Numbered from the stretch's first letter, positions 1 to 14,379 are shown. The stretch: DNA of 64,000 bases from Stegostoma tigrinum (GCF_030684315.1 NC_081390.1:27327288-27391287); one strand, 5' to 3'. The notes: generated by a model not told the origin, from the sequence alone. Numbers and translations: made by a program.

Positions 1-90
1 TGTTTCTTTCTGCGCAGATGCTACCAGACCCTTTGAGTTTCTGTAACTTTTCTTTTAATTTCAGATTTCAGCATATGTAGTATTTTGCTC
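1..90 (+). mobile_element. Short PLE-terminal-repeat-derived element (partial)
   Basis: cagatgctaccagaccctttgagtttc...tcagatttcagca, the reverse orientation of the copies at 3192, 13275 and 54765. Confidence 0.6.
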
Positions 91-2024
91 TTACCTGATT
101 ATTGTTTCAATTTGGCAAAATATTTCACGTCTAATTCATAGTTGTTCCCTCAGCAAGTGTACCTTCAATTTACTTTAGGCTTGGGTGTGCAAAAGAATAT
201 AGTTTTATTATCAGGACTAAAGGCACAGAATCATGCCTGGTCCTGGACAGAGCACATTATGAATTTGTGTTATATTTGATCTTTGGGTAGGATGTGGGAT
301 AGACCTGAAAAGGATAGCCCAAACCATTAGTTGCTCACTCTTTTTATCTCAAGTCTTGCCTGTCATAAAGTGCCTCTAGTACTTCCCTTCATAACAATGG
401 GCATCGCACCTTAAAGTAATTCTTTGTATGTGAAGCTGACCAAGAAAATTGGAAACATATTTGAAGACGCTTATGTAAGTATACATCTTCCCCCTTCCTT
501 TGCTCACTTTTGAGAGTCATTATATTTCTCAAAGACAGAAAATATTGTGGATGGTAATTGGTGGTTATAAGCATTTGAGATTTTAGAAAGTGTAGGAAGA
601 AATTCTCATCTTAGTATGATAGTAAATGTGATACAGCGAGAAGTGATTTGTTCATTTGAACCACTAATGTTTGAACTGGAAGTAAAGTCAAGATATTCAA
701 AAACTGACAGCCTAGCTATCCAACTGGGCTCAAGTGAAAGGAACCCTAGAATGAAAATTGTGGATTAAATGAACTGGATGGTTTAAGAGCCCTGCGGAGA
801 AAACTTTGAAAATATTAGGACAAAGGCCCTGAAGAAGCATTGTTTATATGGCTTATGATATACAGTTGATTAAATTTCAGGATAATAGTTTATTCAAAAT
901 CCATAATATCTGTAAAGAATCTGATAATTTAAAATTTTATAATAGCTGAGGAAGCTGCAGGCTGTCTTGTATTCTTTGGCAAATGTGGCTTAAAAGTCTG
1001 TTAAATCAAAGGCAAAAGAAAGAGGCTCAACAGAAAATAGTAAAAGAAATTACCATTGTCAGCAAGGGAGAACCTAAGTATCTCCCCTCGAAATTCCATA
1101 GTACTACCATCACTGAATCCCACACTATCAACATCACAGGGGTTACATTGTCCAGAAAGTGAACAGAACCAGCATATAAATACTGAGGCTAGAACAGCAG
1201 GTCAGAGGTTAAAAAATCTGAAGTGAGTGACACACCTGACTCAAGTGCCTATTCACCATCAGCAAAGTACAAGTTAGATGCTCTTTGGAAAATTTTCCAC
1301 TTGTCTGCGTGGGTTTATCTCCAGCAACATTCAGGAAGTTGGTTGGAGATTGCTTGATTGGCACCCCACCCACTTTCAAATGATCTGAATTGACGACTGA
1401 ATTGTATACTAGCTACAGCATGAGCTACAGCAATACACCCACAAGGCTTCTCTGACTATAGCTTGTTAGAAATGTTGGTGCTGCACTGGAACAGCGCAGC
1501 CAGGGGAATGGCAGGTTTTTGAGTACACATGTCCAGTACTATTCCAGGAATGTTGTCAGGGCCCACAGCCTTTGCAGGATCTAGTGACTTCAACAGTTTC
1601 TTGATATCACATGCTGTGAATTGAATTGCCTGAAGTCTAGCATCTGTGATTTCAGATGTATTGGGAAATTTACCACCAACTTGGATACTAACCTAAAAAT
1701 TAAGAATAGAGTAGACCTTAGCGACTTATTGGCTACTCCCCATACAGCCAACTCCTTTCCTTCTGTTAGATCAAGATCTAATTTCAAACTCTCAAGTTTG
1801 CACATAATTTCCAGAGCTGCGTTTTTTTTGTTTTTTTTCTATTCCTATTTTCTGTGTTTGGAATGGTATTGAAATCACTCTGTCAAATTTGCGCTTTCTT
1901 CAATGTCCTTGCACAGCTTATTTCACTATCCTCCGTCTTATCGGTTGAGAACATAGATGGTTTGCTTGACTTCCTCACTCCGTTTCACGTGTTCTGTTTT
2001 CCTGGTTAAACCCCACTTGAAATA

Positions 2025-2545
2025 GATTTGGGTGCCACACCTTAGGGAGGATAGATTGGCCTTGAGGGAGTACACGCCAGTGTGCAAGAACAATATAACG
2101 TAGGTTTGCAAGAATGGTGCGAAGACCGTTAATTTGTTAATTATAGAAATTAAGCCAGTTTTTACTAGAATTCAGAAGGTTTAAGGGGTGATCTGATTGC
2201 AGATATAAAGATTTTAAACAGTAAAATATCGTAGATATGGAAACTATTTCCACTGATTGGGCATTCTAGAAATAGGGGCCTTTTTCTGAGAATTAGGGCC
2301 AGACTGTTCAGGAGAGGCGTTAGAAAGACTTCTGCAGACAAAGGGTGGTAGACGTTTGGAACTCTCTTCCACAAAGTGATTGATGCTAGATCAATTGTTA
2401 ATTTCAAATCTGAGATTGTTTTTGTTAAGCATAGGTATTAAGGGATATACACCAATGGCAGGTTTTGGAATTAGACCACAGATCAACCATGACCTATTTG
2501 AGTGTTAAAGTAGGCTTGAGAAGCTGAATGGCCTATGTTCCTCAC
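2025..2545 (+). mobile_element. Degraded CR1-type LINE 3' fragment
   Basis: ggtttaaggggtgatctgattg, cagactgttcaggaga, 3' aggcttgagaagctgaatggcct. Confidence 0.7.
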
Positions 2546-3191
2546 TGAATTAATAGCTCACTTCCAGCAGTTAACAGACCAAATATGTTTGAGTTGAAAG
2601 CTGCAAGGACAGACCTAACAAATGATAGTTAAATTCTTCCACTTCGTTGTGACCAAGACTTGTTGAACCTACTTTCTTTTCATACGCTTAAAAACATACC
2701 GTTTTCTTGCATATTTGGCCAGTTTCCGATCATATTCTGTTTTTATTCCTCTTTTTCACCTTTTTTGCTGTTTTTTAAAACACTCCCAGACAGTCCCTCT
2801 AATTTTCTGCGAGTAGTACAATAGGAATTTTGTAATAAGCAGCTAATATTTCAGAAGAAACAATGCAGGTGTTCCTGCTGAGGCATGACAAGACAGCAAT
2901 TTAGTCTTTTGTACGATTGCGTTTGAGTAGCTGTGCATCTCGGGCAGCTGTGCATCTCAGGCAGGTAGTGCTTAATTTACATAAATGATAATCATCTATG
3001 ATTTTATGGTTTGTCATAATTTCACCACAGGCACTGTTGATAATTGAGATGTTAAAAATAACAATAATACTTATACCTCTGAATGATGATACAGCTGTTT
3101 CTGATTCACCACCAACCAGCATCAGTGTTAAAGGTTACCAATTCAGGAAGAATCAGTTTTGAGGGCACGAGTTTAAAACCATTCACCGAAT

Positions 3192-3327
3192 AAAAACTGA
3201 AAGAACTGCAGATGATGTAAATCAGAAACAAAGACAGAAGTTGCTGGGAAAAGCTCAGCAAGTCTGGCAGCATCAGTGAAGATAAATCAGAGTTAAAGCT
3301 TTGGGTCCAGTGACCCTTCCTCACAAC
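3192..3327 (-). mobile_element. Short PLE-terminal-repeat-derived element with decayed hammerhead
   Basis: aagaactgcagatg...aaagctcagcaagtctggcagcatc...gggtccagtgacccttcctca; repeated several times in the window. Confidence 0.75.
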
Positions 3328-4964
3328 AGTGACCACCTTCCTCCGAGGCAGATGGACTGTGGAACTTTCCCTGAGTCCTGCTACTGGCCTCACAGATTAA
3401 AAATCCAGGCTGTGTGCTAAGTAAGAAATTGTAGAATAATTTTAACCCCTTCTCCCCAAGTCAGAAATTTAATTCAGACGTTTGTGGGTATTTGGAAGGT
3501 TGAATGCTTGTTGCTGTGTGGTGCTGAGGGGTCCTGTGCCCCCTCACTCTCCCCTGCTGCACTCTAATAGAAAACAATGTGAAACAATGCATTCAGGTTC
3601 ACTTTGCCGATCACACCGCAGCTCTTCAAACCATTCACGCTGATTGGAAGGAAAGCTCCCTCTGCCATCCATCCACTAGAATTTTATTACGGCGGCAGCA
3701 GCAGAGTGTTGGCAACTGAGTGGTTATATATTTTGTGGTTTACAAGGATTTCTTCACTTCAGCAATCACAACAATGGCTGGCCCTAGATCCTTCTCCGCC
3801 TTAAGTATTTTATGTATTTGTTATGAATGGAAGTTCTTTCTGTTGCATAGGACACCTTTGTACTTTTCCAGGGACATAGTTGTTATACTGATGGGAATTA
3901 GACCATCTTGATGTAGACAGCCATGATGTCACAGACCATAAGAGTCTGGCATTCAAACCCTGAACATGCAGGGCCAAATTGGCTGATTTCTCCTGGAAAC
4001 AGAGGTACGGTATTGCCACCAGCCATTGACAGCCCCTGATGAGGAAGGAAATATCTCAGATGTAGTTTGTGCAACTGATTGCTTTCTGATGTTATCCTGG
4101 CATCTGCCATATCCTCAACTTCAATCACTCTGCCTTTGAGCTGTCAGCTACCTAGACCATGAAATCTCTCCCTAAATCTCTCTGCCTTTACTTCCGTCTC
4201 CTTTAAGACATTGTTTAAAACTTGCTTCTTCCATCAAACTTTTGATCACAACGCCTGACACCACCTTCTGTAGCTCAACTTGGAGCATTGACAATGCTCT
4301 TGTAAAGTACCTTCAGATGGTGCATTAAGCTAAAGGTGCTATCAAATAGCAGGTTGTTCATTGAGGATTGGAAATTAGAAATAAACTGCCATTTTCTATT
4401 GATCTGAATCTGTTTTCACTTCACTTCAACTATACTGCAGTCATAAATTTTTCAGGTTTTCTCTAAAATCAGATGACCATCTGTTTTTAATGTAAAGCTG
4501 TTCTATCTATGATTTCAGTTGTTATAAAGAGGAATACATACATCAGCTTGACAGATAATATGTACTACAGCTGATTTACTGGAGAAAGGTGTATAATGGA
4601 AATGGGGAGATGAGTGGTTAACAACCTTATTAATGTCATTTTTAACCCATTATGTCTTCTGATTTATTCATGCTGTTCTTTTTATAACAAATAAGTTGTA
4701 AAATTACATTTTGAGCATTACAGTCTAGCTATCAACTTGCCATGACTCATCTCTTGATGAATTTGATCTGAATAGCTGTGAGCAGAAAGTTATGGACAAA
4801 CAATATCTTTGCAGAATTTAATTGTGGTTTCTTGCCCAGTTTAAATTTATGTAACAAATGGACTTGTTTTTTGAAAAGTGCCCAATTAGCCATGAAACCA
4901 ATCTGTCTAGAGTTCACAGGTTGCTCTTTGATCACTAAGAGAAAAGGGAAATGCTGGAAACCTG

Positions 4965-5272
4965 AAATAGAGTTCCTACATTGCGAAAGCAGGCCATTTG
5001 GCCCATTGAAACTACACTGATCCTCCAAACAACAGACCCACCTCCTGTAACCCTGCATTTCTCATGGTTTTCCTGGACACTTTAGACAATTTAGCATGGC
5101 CAGTCTACCTACCATGCACATCTTTGGGCTGTGGGAGGAAATCGGAGCACTCGAGTAACCCGCATAGGCCTGAGGAGAATGTACAAACTACAACGCAGAC
5201 AGTTGCCCAAGGGTAGAATCGAAGCTGGGTTCCTTGTGCTGTGAAGCAGCGGTGCTAACCACTGTATTGCCC
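4965..5272 (-). mobile_element. tRNA-derived SINE, HE1/V-SINE type
   Basis: tgcacatctttgggctgtgggaggaaatcggagcac...agcagcggtgctaaccactg: V-domain and tRNA-like head in reverse. Confidence 0.8.
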
Positions 5273-5499
5273 ATAAAAGCTGCTGTCTGATCACTGGCAC
5301 CTGTCAATTATCTGCTTCAAAGAAATCAAAGTTAATTCCCTTAAAAAGCATCAAGAAGGGGCTGTTAGTGTCTCTATAACAGTCTTCAAACATCTCAACA
5401 AACTTCTTTCAACTTCCTTAAATGGTGTTAACTAGATACGTCTTCTTACTGAAACATCTATTCATCAAGTCTTCTTGTCCTGGTAAAGGACAAAAACAG

Positions 5500-5620
5500 A
5501 GCTAGACCTGAAATGTTAACTCTGATTTCTCTCCACAGATACTGCCAGGCCGGCTGTGTTTTTCCAGCAATTTCTGTTTATGTTTTTGATTTCCAGCATC
5601 TGCAGTTCTTTTGGTTTATT
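5500..5620 (+). mobile_element. Short PLE-terminal-repeat-derived element
   Basis: gacctgaaatgttaactctgatttctctccacagatactgcc...ttccagcatctgcagttcttt. Confidence 0.7.
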
Positions 5621-6709
5621 TGTTCCATGGTGGGACGGCTCTTCTTTACAAACTCTAAACTGATTGTGTGGGTATATTTTCAGTGCCGATATCTGTCAAG
5701 GCAAAGTTGGAATTTTTCTGAAATTCTGTCTATTTTGCTGCTGTGTTTTAAATAATTTCTGAGCCAACGCCTTTTGTGATGAATCTAGATGAGGTTTCCA
5801 GTCCAGCCGAAGTTCACACAACAAATGTACGATGAAAGTATTCTGAGGAACAAAATTGAATTTCTGATTTGATGCTGGAGGCCAATCCATGTGCAGCAGT
5901 GCAGACACAGGTCCAAGTCTAATCAAATATTAACTGGGAAGTTGAGAGGACTGCTGTACATGAAATCATGTAATTCATATCCAACTAGCAGTTTAATTGA
6001 AAGGGAAGATAAATGGTGCTGCTGTGATTATTTTAACAACCCAACTCTCAACCAATAATTTACATCAAAATTTGTGTGGTGTTCTAATTAAAAGCCTTAA
6101 TAATTAAGGCTTTGCTATTGAATCGCTTTAAAAATAGAAAATAACTGCAGTGATTTGAAGATCTTACAATTAATTTGACAGAGCTTAAACCATTTTAACA
6201 TTCTGTGATTACAATAAACGTACAAAATATCCTCCTATTGTCAGTGGTGTTCTTAATACAAGATAGACAGAGATATCAGTACAAAGTGTTGGAGAGAGGA
6301 TGGAGGCCATATTGCAGTTCTGCTGGAGGCAGTCATCCTCCTGTCTGACAGACAACAGAGATGAAGAGCCTGCTGAGGAATTTCCTTTGCGTTGGTCCTG
6401 CCTTTTTCTAATAACTCAACCACACTTTCCACTGAATTTCCAATAGCAACAACAATAGAACAGCGGTCTTGGTTACACATTTTAGACCATGTCTCATCTG
6501 GCAGGCTGGAAATCTGAACTAAATCTAATCTGGAATATTTCCATTGACAACAAGCCTTCCCATCTTCCGTAGAAACACTGGTTAGAAATACTCTCCCTTC
6601 CATTAATCCAAGATGTCTCCCTTTTACCATGCCCTACCGAGTCAGGTATTTCATTAATCTCCTTATACAACAGGTGTTATGTCTGTAAATCCCTGGGTCA
6701 CCATTATGT

Positions 6710-7265
6710 CATAGAAGATAAGAGCAAAAGGAAGCTATTCGGCCCTTCGAGCTTATGCCAACTTTCATCAAGATCGTGCCTGATCGTCCAACTCAACAGT
6801 CTAATCCTGCTTTCTCCCCATAACCTTTGATCCCATTCGCCCCAAGTGCTATATCTAGCCGCCTTTTTGAATACATTCAATGTCTTGGCATCAACTACTT
6901 CCTGTGGTAATGAATTCCACAGGCTCGCCACTCTAGGGTGAAGAAATGTTTCCTCATCTCCGTCTTAAATGGCCTACCCTGAAACCTCAGATTGACCCCT
7001 GGTTTGGACTCACCCACCATTGGGAACATTCTCCCTGCATCTACCTTATCCAGTCCTGTTAGAATTTTATAAGTCTCTCTGAGATCCCCCGTCATTCATC
7101 TGAACTCCAGTGAAAACAATCCTAACCTAGTCGGTCTCTCCTCATACATTAGACCCACCATTACTGGAATCAGCCTGGTAAACCTTCGCTGCTCTCCCTT
7201 GAGAGCAAGAACGTCTTTCCTCAGAACAGGAGACCAAAACTGCACACAATATTCTAGACACCACT
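6710..7265 (-). mobile_element. Degraded CR1 LINE 3' fragment
   Basis: ORFs GDLRETYKILTGLDKVDAGRMFP and SLWNSLPQEVVDAKTLNVFK. Confidence 0.85.
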
Positions 7266-8099
7266 TTATAATGATTGGAGTTGAAAACTGTTTTTGCTAC
7301 TACTTTCACTGATGATTCCCTAAAGGTGGCATTAAGGAAGCAATTGATTATTTTCCCCTGCATTTCTTTGAGTGCCATTGTCTGCAAGCCATTGACTCCT
7401 GTTCCCTTGTTTTCTTCTAATGTTTTTTCCAATCTGTCGAAAATTTCTATATCTGCTTACCATTTAAACTCATCTTCTGTTTAGGATCTCCTTCACAAAC
7501 ACACGAAAATGTTTGCTGTCCTTGCAGTCCCACTACCATTGCCATGATGTTACATTTGAGTAATGTAGTCTTAGATCCCAGTTGACTTCTATCCCTTAAC
7601 AGACATGACTAATAAAGGTCATCTGGTCTTTCATATCGATACAGTGTGTGAGACCTTGCTGTGTTTCTCTGCTTTAATGTTTCCCTGCATTACCACAGCA
7701 ACTGAACTTCATAATAGCTGTGGCATGTTCCTGGGAAACGAACCATATATATACTGGCTCACTCTTTTGGACCTTTCACTGGCCCTACTGTTTACTTTGT
7801 CACATGTTACTCTCAGTATATCTGTACAAGTACATGTTATTCATTTAACCGTACCTGCAACCCTGTTCTCATTTTCTTTTTTATTGGCCTCATGGTTTCT
7901 TAAGGTCTTCGGTTTGCTTTTGTGCTGGCCCTGGTCTGCCATGCTGCAAATCATGTGCAATTTATCTTCACCTCTTGCTGCTTTTTGGGACTCTACTTTT
8001 GCTCCCTTGTCCATTCTCTCCCCACTTCGCCATGGATATGTAGCCCCTCTCCTTGTCTAACCCTGTTCCCATCAGGACTGTCTAAACGATGTCTGCATC

Positions 8100-8560
8100 T
8101 TTCTGGAAAGGAAAGCTTAACAGCCCCCTTTCACTGTCACCTCCTTTACCTTACACAGCTTGCCTTCACTTTGACCAACTTCTTCTTTAACTCATCACAC
8201 TTCCTGTGAGTCATGGCCAGGCTACCCGCTTGGGTCCCAGTCTTAGTTGGGTATGTGGGACATTTCCTTGTTTCAGACGTACCCAGAACACCTCCAATTA
8301 GTCTTTCCCCGATACATCGATGGCAGCATTGATGCTGCTCCCACTCTCCTCTGGAATTGAAATTATTGATAAATTTTGTTTCCAATTCTCATCCTTTTCT
8401 CATCTTCAACTGATCCAACTCTTTGTCTTCCCTTTCTTTACTTTTCCGTTTTAATTTCTGGGGATAGTCTGTCACCAATATCCACTAAAAATCCACTGTC
8501 TCCCACAGTTATGATGGCTACAGTTCCTCAAACACCACTTCCGGTAAGCATCAAAACATA
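8100..8560 (+). mobile_element. Degraded Penelope-like RT fragment
   Basis: TLTNFFFNSSHFL and following sequence resemble the RT at 43500-43100 (VLTLNNLSFDSSHFL), with many frameshifts. Confidence 0.65.
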
Positions 8561-9509
8561 GGAGCAGGAGTAGGCGATTGAGCTCCTCAAGTCTGCTCCA
8601 CCATTCAGTACCATCTTTGTGCTCAATTCCCTGTTTCCATCCTCCCCCATTATCCTTTATTCTGTAAGCCGCAAGAACTTAATTCCATTCCCCCACTTAC
8701 TTCATCTCTTTTGCATCCGGTCCGATGATGCCATCTACAATGGGTGCCTCCAACCCGTAGTCCTTTTTTTTCGGCTGAGGATTCCAAAAACATAATCAGT
8801 AATACCTCACAAAATAATAAATGAAGATATCTTGAAGACTAATTTGGAGTTAATGTGAAAGAAAGAGGGCTATAATTTTGACCATGATGCATTCACGTGA
8901 TAAATTCTTGATAAGTTACGTTGACGCCAACATTAGAGGAGCCCAGCTGGAGACCTGATGCTAAGACTGGAGATGAGCCTTTTCTAATGGTGACAGAGTG
9001 CATTGCAACGGAGACCTGAGAAAGACACTAAATGCATTTGCTGCCCATTGATTTTAAAAGAGATTAAAGTGACGGCCAAGATAGTGACGGAATTATACTT
9101 ATGGGCTTCAGTCTCCTGGCTAGTGACACATAGACTCAAATATTTTAGAGATTTATGACAGCCATAATCATTTGCATTCTCTGGATAATATATATTGATT
9201 GTTAAATTTTGGCAGTTGATAATACATGATAACTTGTACTTGTTTTCCTGCATGAAAGACATAATTATATGCTTTCCCCAGTCACTGACAAACCACTGTT
9301 CAAAAGCAGAATTAAAACTTGCATCCTAAAAACTATGTTCATTATATGGAGATTAAGGGATGCTTGTGAGTGACTATTACTTATATTAATCCAAAATTCA
9401 ATTCAGTCCTGTTATTTATAAAGTAAATTAGCGAGTTTTGAGAAGATTTGTAGCTCAGGTTGAGGTTCTAGATGTGATTTTGCTCGCTGAGCTGGAAGGT
9501 TAGTTTTCA

Positions 9510-9543
9510 GACGTTTCGTCACCATTCTAAGTAACATCATCAG
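9510..9543 (-). ncRNA. Minimal hammerhead ribozyme core, mirror copy
   Basis: Reverse complement reads CTGATGA-tgttact-tagaat-ggtgac-GAAAC-GTC. Confidence 0.75.
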
Positions 9544-10548
9544 TGAGCTTCCGACGAAGCACTGGTGTTATGTCCCGCTTTCTATTTATCTGGTTAGGCT
9601 TCCTTGGGTTGGTGATGTCATTTCCTGTTCTTTTTCTCAGGGGATGGTAGATTGGCTCCAAGTCAATGTGTTTGTTGATGGTATTCCGGCTGGAATGCCA
9701 TGCTTCTAGGAATTCTCATGCATGTCTCTGTTTGGCTTGTCCTAGGATAGACGTGTTGTCCCAATCAAAGTGGTGTCCTTCCACATCTGTATGTAAAGAT
9801 ACGAGTGATAGTGGGTCATGTCGTTTTGTGTCTAGTTGATGTTCGTGTATCCTGGTGGCTAGCTTTCTGCCAATTTGTCCGATGTAGTGTTTGTCACAGT
9901 TCTTGCAAGGTATTTTGTAGATGACGTTCGTTTTATTTGTTGTGTGTATACGGTCTTTTAAGTTCATTAGCTGCTGTTTTAGTGTGTTGGTGAGTTTGTG
10001 GGCTACCCTGATGCCAAGAGGTCCGAGTAGTCTGGCAGTCATTTCGGAAATGTCTGCCAAACTACTTGGGCGTCTTGGCATCAGGGTAGCCCACAAACCC
10101 ACCAACACACTAAAACAGCATCTAATGAACTTAAATGACCCTATTCAGACAACAAACAAAACGAACGTCATCTACAAAATACCTTGCAAGAACTGTGACA
10201 AACACTACATCGGACAAATTGGCAGAAAGCTAGCCACCAGGATACACGAACATCAACTAGACACAAAACGACATGACCCACTATCACTCGTATCCTTACA
10301 TACAGATGTGGAAGGTCACCACTTTGATTGGGACAACACATCTATCCTAGGACAAGCCAAACAGAGACATGCACGAGAATTCCTAGAAGTATGGCATTCC
10401 AACCGGAATTCCATCAACAAACACATTGATTTGGAGCCAATCTACCATCCCCTGAGAAAAAGAACAGGAAATGACATCACCAACCCAAGGAAACCTAACC
10501 AGATAAATAGAAAACGGGACATAACACCAGCGCTTCGTCGGAAGCTCA

Positions 10549-10582
10549 CTGATGATGTTACCTAGAATGGTGACGAAACGTT
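10549..10582 (+). ncRNA. Minimal hammerhead ribozyme core in the PLE terminal repeat
   Basis: CTGATGA-tgttacc-tagaat-ggtgac-GAAAC-GTT: conserved boxes with a pairing stem II. Confidence 0.75.
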
Positions 10583-13274
10583 TGAAAACTAACCTTCCAG
10601 CTCAGCGAACAAACTCACATCCATAAAGTAAATTGTTGGCTACATTGTCTCCTAGCCAATGTAAAAATGATTGGAATATATGTCTTTATAGTTTTTAAGT
10701 CAGCAATTTCAAATGTGTTGAGCTACTCAAGTTAAAAGGATGGTGAAGGAGTGCAATCTCTGTGACAGAATAATATTGGTATTGATTGAACAGCCTAAAA
10801 GTTCACAATTTACAAAGGAACACACAGAAGCTACGGACAATGAAACATTTAAATGTTCTTTCATCATTACACAATAGTTGTTAAAAGCTTTACTTACTGG
10901 GAAATAATATGGATGCTCATTCCGAGACACAATTTCCGTTTACCCAGTCGGACCTACATGTAACTCCAGACCCACAGCAATTTGGTTGATTCTTAATTGT
11001 CCCTTTGGCAATAAATGCTGGCCTAGCCAGAGATAACCACATCCTGTGAATTGATTGAATAAAAGTACCAACGTATAACATGTCAATTATCAGCACGCAA
11101 TCCCAGTGTATTCAGTAGCTCATTGATAGCAGCTAACATGATTAAATTGCTTTCCCTAATCATTTTCTGATTTATTTCAAATATTTCTGGTGAGTTGGAA
11201 AAGCTCGTGTTGCTGTTCCTTTTAAGTTCAAGTCTCTGGCTCCATAGTTTGGGCTCAAAATGGATGAGCTATTGCACAATAAAGCCAGAAAACAAATTCA
11301 GGTTTTGTCAGATTGTGAACCAAATTCAGAATTTTCAGTGGAAAGCAGTGAAGGGGCGCACTAGATTTACATTTCATTTGGACAGGCATTTCTGTCTAGG
11401 TAGATTGTATGGCAAAGGTAATGCCTCTGGATTGCATGTGGTCGAGTATTAGGGATCTCTATTAAACTGTTGAAGGGACTGTTCTGAATTCTGAATGGAA
11501 GAGGTGGGAATTGTAATACATTGTTTTGCTCTAGCTGACCAATGACCTGAACAACGTCCTGTTTGGGAACGTGAAATCTACTAATTATAATTGCAATGAT
11601 CTCATTGTGTGTCAGTTCATGACTTGAGCTCTCGGGATAATTTTGACTTTGGCTTAAATAATGGTGTACATCTAGAAAGTGAAACTTTAAACATGCTTAC
11701 CATTTAGGAGCATGAATTATTATTAGTTTGCTACCATCATAAGCATTCAGGGAATTTAAGCAAGAAGAGCTCTTTTTCGTTCTCATTAAGAGCAGTAGTT
11801 ACCCACCTTGAGGTCCAATCTCCATTCACCTGATTGATAAAAGAAATTAATGATCCTAACAAGTTTAATAGTAGGGGCCGCGTGGTTTAAGCACCTGGGC
11901 ATTTGAATGTTTTTGCCGTGAGTTATTTATTGTTAATATTTAAAATATCTACTTCTGATCAATAGTACATGGGAAAGGAATATTTATCGATTTGACCTGT
12001 TGTACAATGGTGTTAGAAGAGGGAGGGTCAGTGGTTCTTATCATTAAGAAGGTATTTGCATTTGGAAAACTGAGCGAAGGTTTTAGTGGTGGACAGAATA
12101 AAAATCCAGGAACAGGAATAGGCCATTTAGCCCCTGAAAGCATCTCTACAAATCCAAAAATTATTGACACCGAGTTCTACCTCCAAAAGTAGGAAAATCT
12201 TCCCCAATATTACCATGCCATCTTTGAAGATGAAATATCATTGAGACAAAAAGTGAAGCTTGTTAGCTTCGTAAATACGCAATAATTAAAATCTTTAAGC
12301 CTAGCCTTAAAGAAGAACCAATGTCACATTTCACCAATAAACCATTCAGTGGTTTGATGTCTGTTTTCTGCATAAAACACAAATGTAATTTTTCCTGTTT
12401 TAGACTTGTTAATATAATTACAAGAAATTGAATTATCAATTGTGTTTAACCTTAAATTATTTTACAACTCCATTATTCTTGTTTATTTTCTGATTTCCTG
12501 TAATATCAGAAAATTTTATTATGATCTTCAATTTGGATTTTGACTTTCTTCTTTGAAAGTCATGACACCAGAACATTATCCTGGAAGATATTTTGAAAGC
12601 CTGGTTAGATTTCAGGATATCTCAAATATGGTTCAGTGTACTTCAGAGCATTTGGATGTTGTGCATAGCAGGAAGGATTTTCTTGAAATTCAGAATTTGG
12701 TTTGTGTGATTTTTTTGATTAATCTGCACAGAGACCAGAAAAAAAGAATTGTCAAGTAGAAACTCCAGTTCAATTTAATGCTTGTCACTTTAGCAATATA
12801 TTAATGAATTTGCTGCCATATAATTCACTCCCTTATACTTGAGGTTATGAAAATATAAATGAAGGTGTGACTTGAATAACTTGGTATTTCTTGGTTTCAT
12901 GTATAAAGCTCATAAAATGCAAGAAGTGTTTACTCCAGCAAGCCTAGCAGTATACTCGGGACAATAGTTTTGTTTTCTATATTTCCTCAGGATTTGGATG
13001 ATATTGGTAAAGCACTCCATCCTTAGTCACCCTGAGGAAAATAGGATTTAGTCACAGAATGTGGAACCTGGCATCATGAGAATTTTGTGCTTATCCAGAA
13101 ATAGCCATATTTCTAAAATTCATCTTTTCATATGTTGCGATGCTAGAATTTGAACTCGTAACCTCTGGAATGTCAGTTTATAGGCCCATATTCCAAATCA
13201 CCAATCTCAACAGTGGTATAACCTTTGAAAGTGCAACTTGGCCTATTCCAAATTGTTCACCTGGATTACTCAAT

Positions 13275-13410
13275 AAAAACTCAAAGAACCGTGAATGTTG
13301 TAAATCAGGAACAAAAACAAAGTTGCTGGAAAAGCTCAGCAGGTCTGGCAGCATCTGTGAAGAAAAATATCAGAGTTAACGTTTCTACTCCGATGATCCT
13401 TCCTCAGAAC
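13275..13410 (-). mobile_element. Short PLE-terminal-repeat-derived element
   Basis: Same family as 3192; ends gatccttcctcagaac. Confidence 0.75.
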
Positions 13411-14379
13411 CTGGATTACTCCTTTATCTTGCGTGCCTTTCAGATAGACTTCAGCAGGAAGTGGATGAGTAAGAGAAGTGATTAAGCTTCACCTGAAAAG
13501 GTGCTGATTATCAAAGTTATAGCCTGGTCTGGACAATTGCCCAAAATAACCAATGCGCTTAGTAAGTGGTGACTTGTAATTGAGTCTTCTGTTAATTCAT
13601 TGCAAATGGTTACTGCTTTTTGCCCACAGCTGCTGGTGATAACTGTGATGGAATTTGTGTAAGGGCTTTGGAACCTTGGAGCAACCTGACATTGACATCA
13701 CAGAGTTGCATGGGCAGAATTAATTTGAAGTGAAAAAGGGTGAAGAGAGAAGTACGTGTAAGAGTATAGCATCTGTTCAATTTAACAGTAAGATTAGAAC
13801 CTGCTGTATCTCAGATTAAATAGAACTGTAAAGATGTCTGAGCCTGAAGACCGTTCTTGTCCTTCCCTTCTCCTCCTTGAAACCAGACCCTTAGGGTGGC
13901 CATAAAACCTCACAACACAAGAGTTTGTACCACGACAGAATCACAGGAGGCCATTTACCCATTGTTCAGCATCCACTCATTAAATGAACATCATTACCCA
14001 CTGCCAACCTGCTGCTTTTTCTCCTTGCACACTATTTTTCTGCACATAATCATACATTGCCCTCTTGAATACCTCATATAATGGCTTCCAGCATGCGGCA
14101 CATGCCCAGGTATACAGTAATTGCCCATTTATCCACTTGAAAGTTTGTATTACAAAATAGCTTCCCATTTTGTTTAGGTAACATTTAAACGTAACTCGTG
14201 GTTTGAAATGTACTGCAATGCTATATATTTTTTAGTTTGCAAAGTTGAAGCATAAACTTTATTTAGTGAGTGCCCTTGATTTCCCTGTCGCTCAAATCTT
14301 TGCTCCCACTTTTATTTCAACTTTAGGATTGAAATCCAGCAAATTGATGGGATAGAGAATCCTTACTGCTGCCTGTGAA

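Larger units (their letters stand above)
9430..10622. mobile_element. Penelope-like element fragment (Poseidon-type GIY-YIG end) arranged as a spacerless palindrome
   Basis: Both strands encode NVIYKIPCKNCDKHYIGQIGRKLATRIHEH (ORFs 9716..10108- and 9921..10565+). Arms are 9470-10045 and 10047-10622. 12-bp TSD ATAAAGTAAATT at 9418-29 and 10623-34. Confidence 0.92.

Noticed and set aside
2929-2964. 17-bp tandem duplication (agctgtgcatctc(g/a)ggc)
   Set aside because: Only two copies; ordinary slippage with no sign of function.
7605-8060. 151-aa hydrophobic ORF
   Set aside because: No recognisable domain or splice support; it lies among decayed SINE and PLE sequence.
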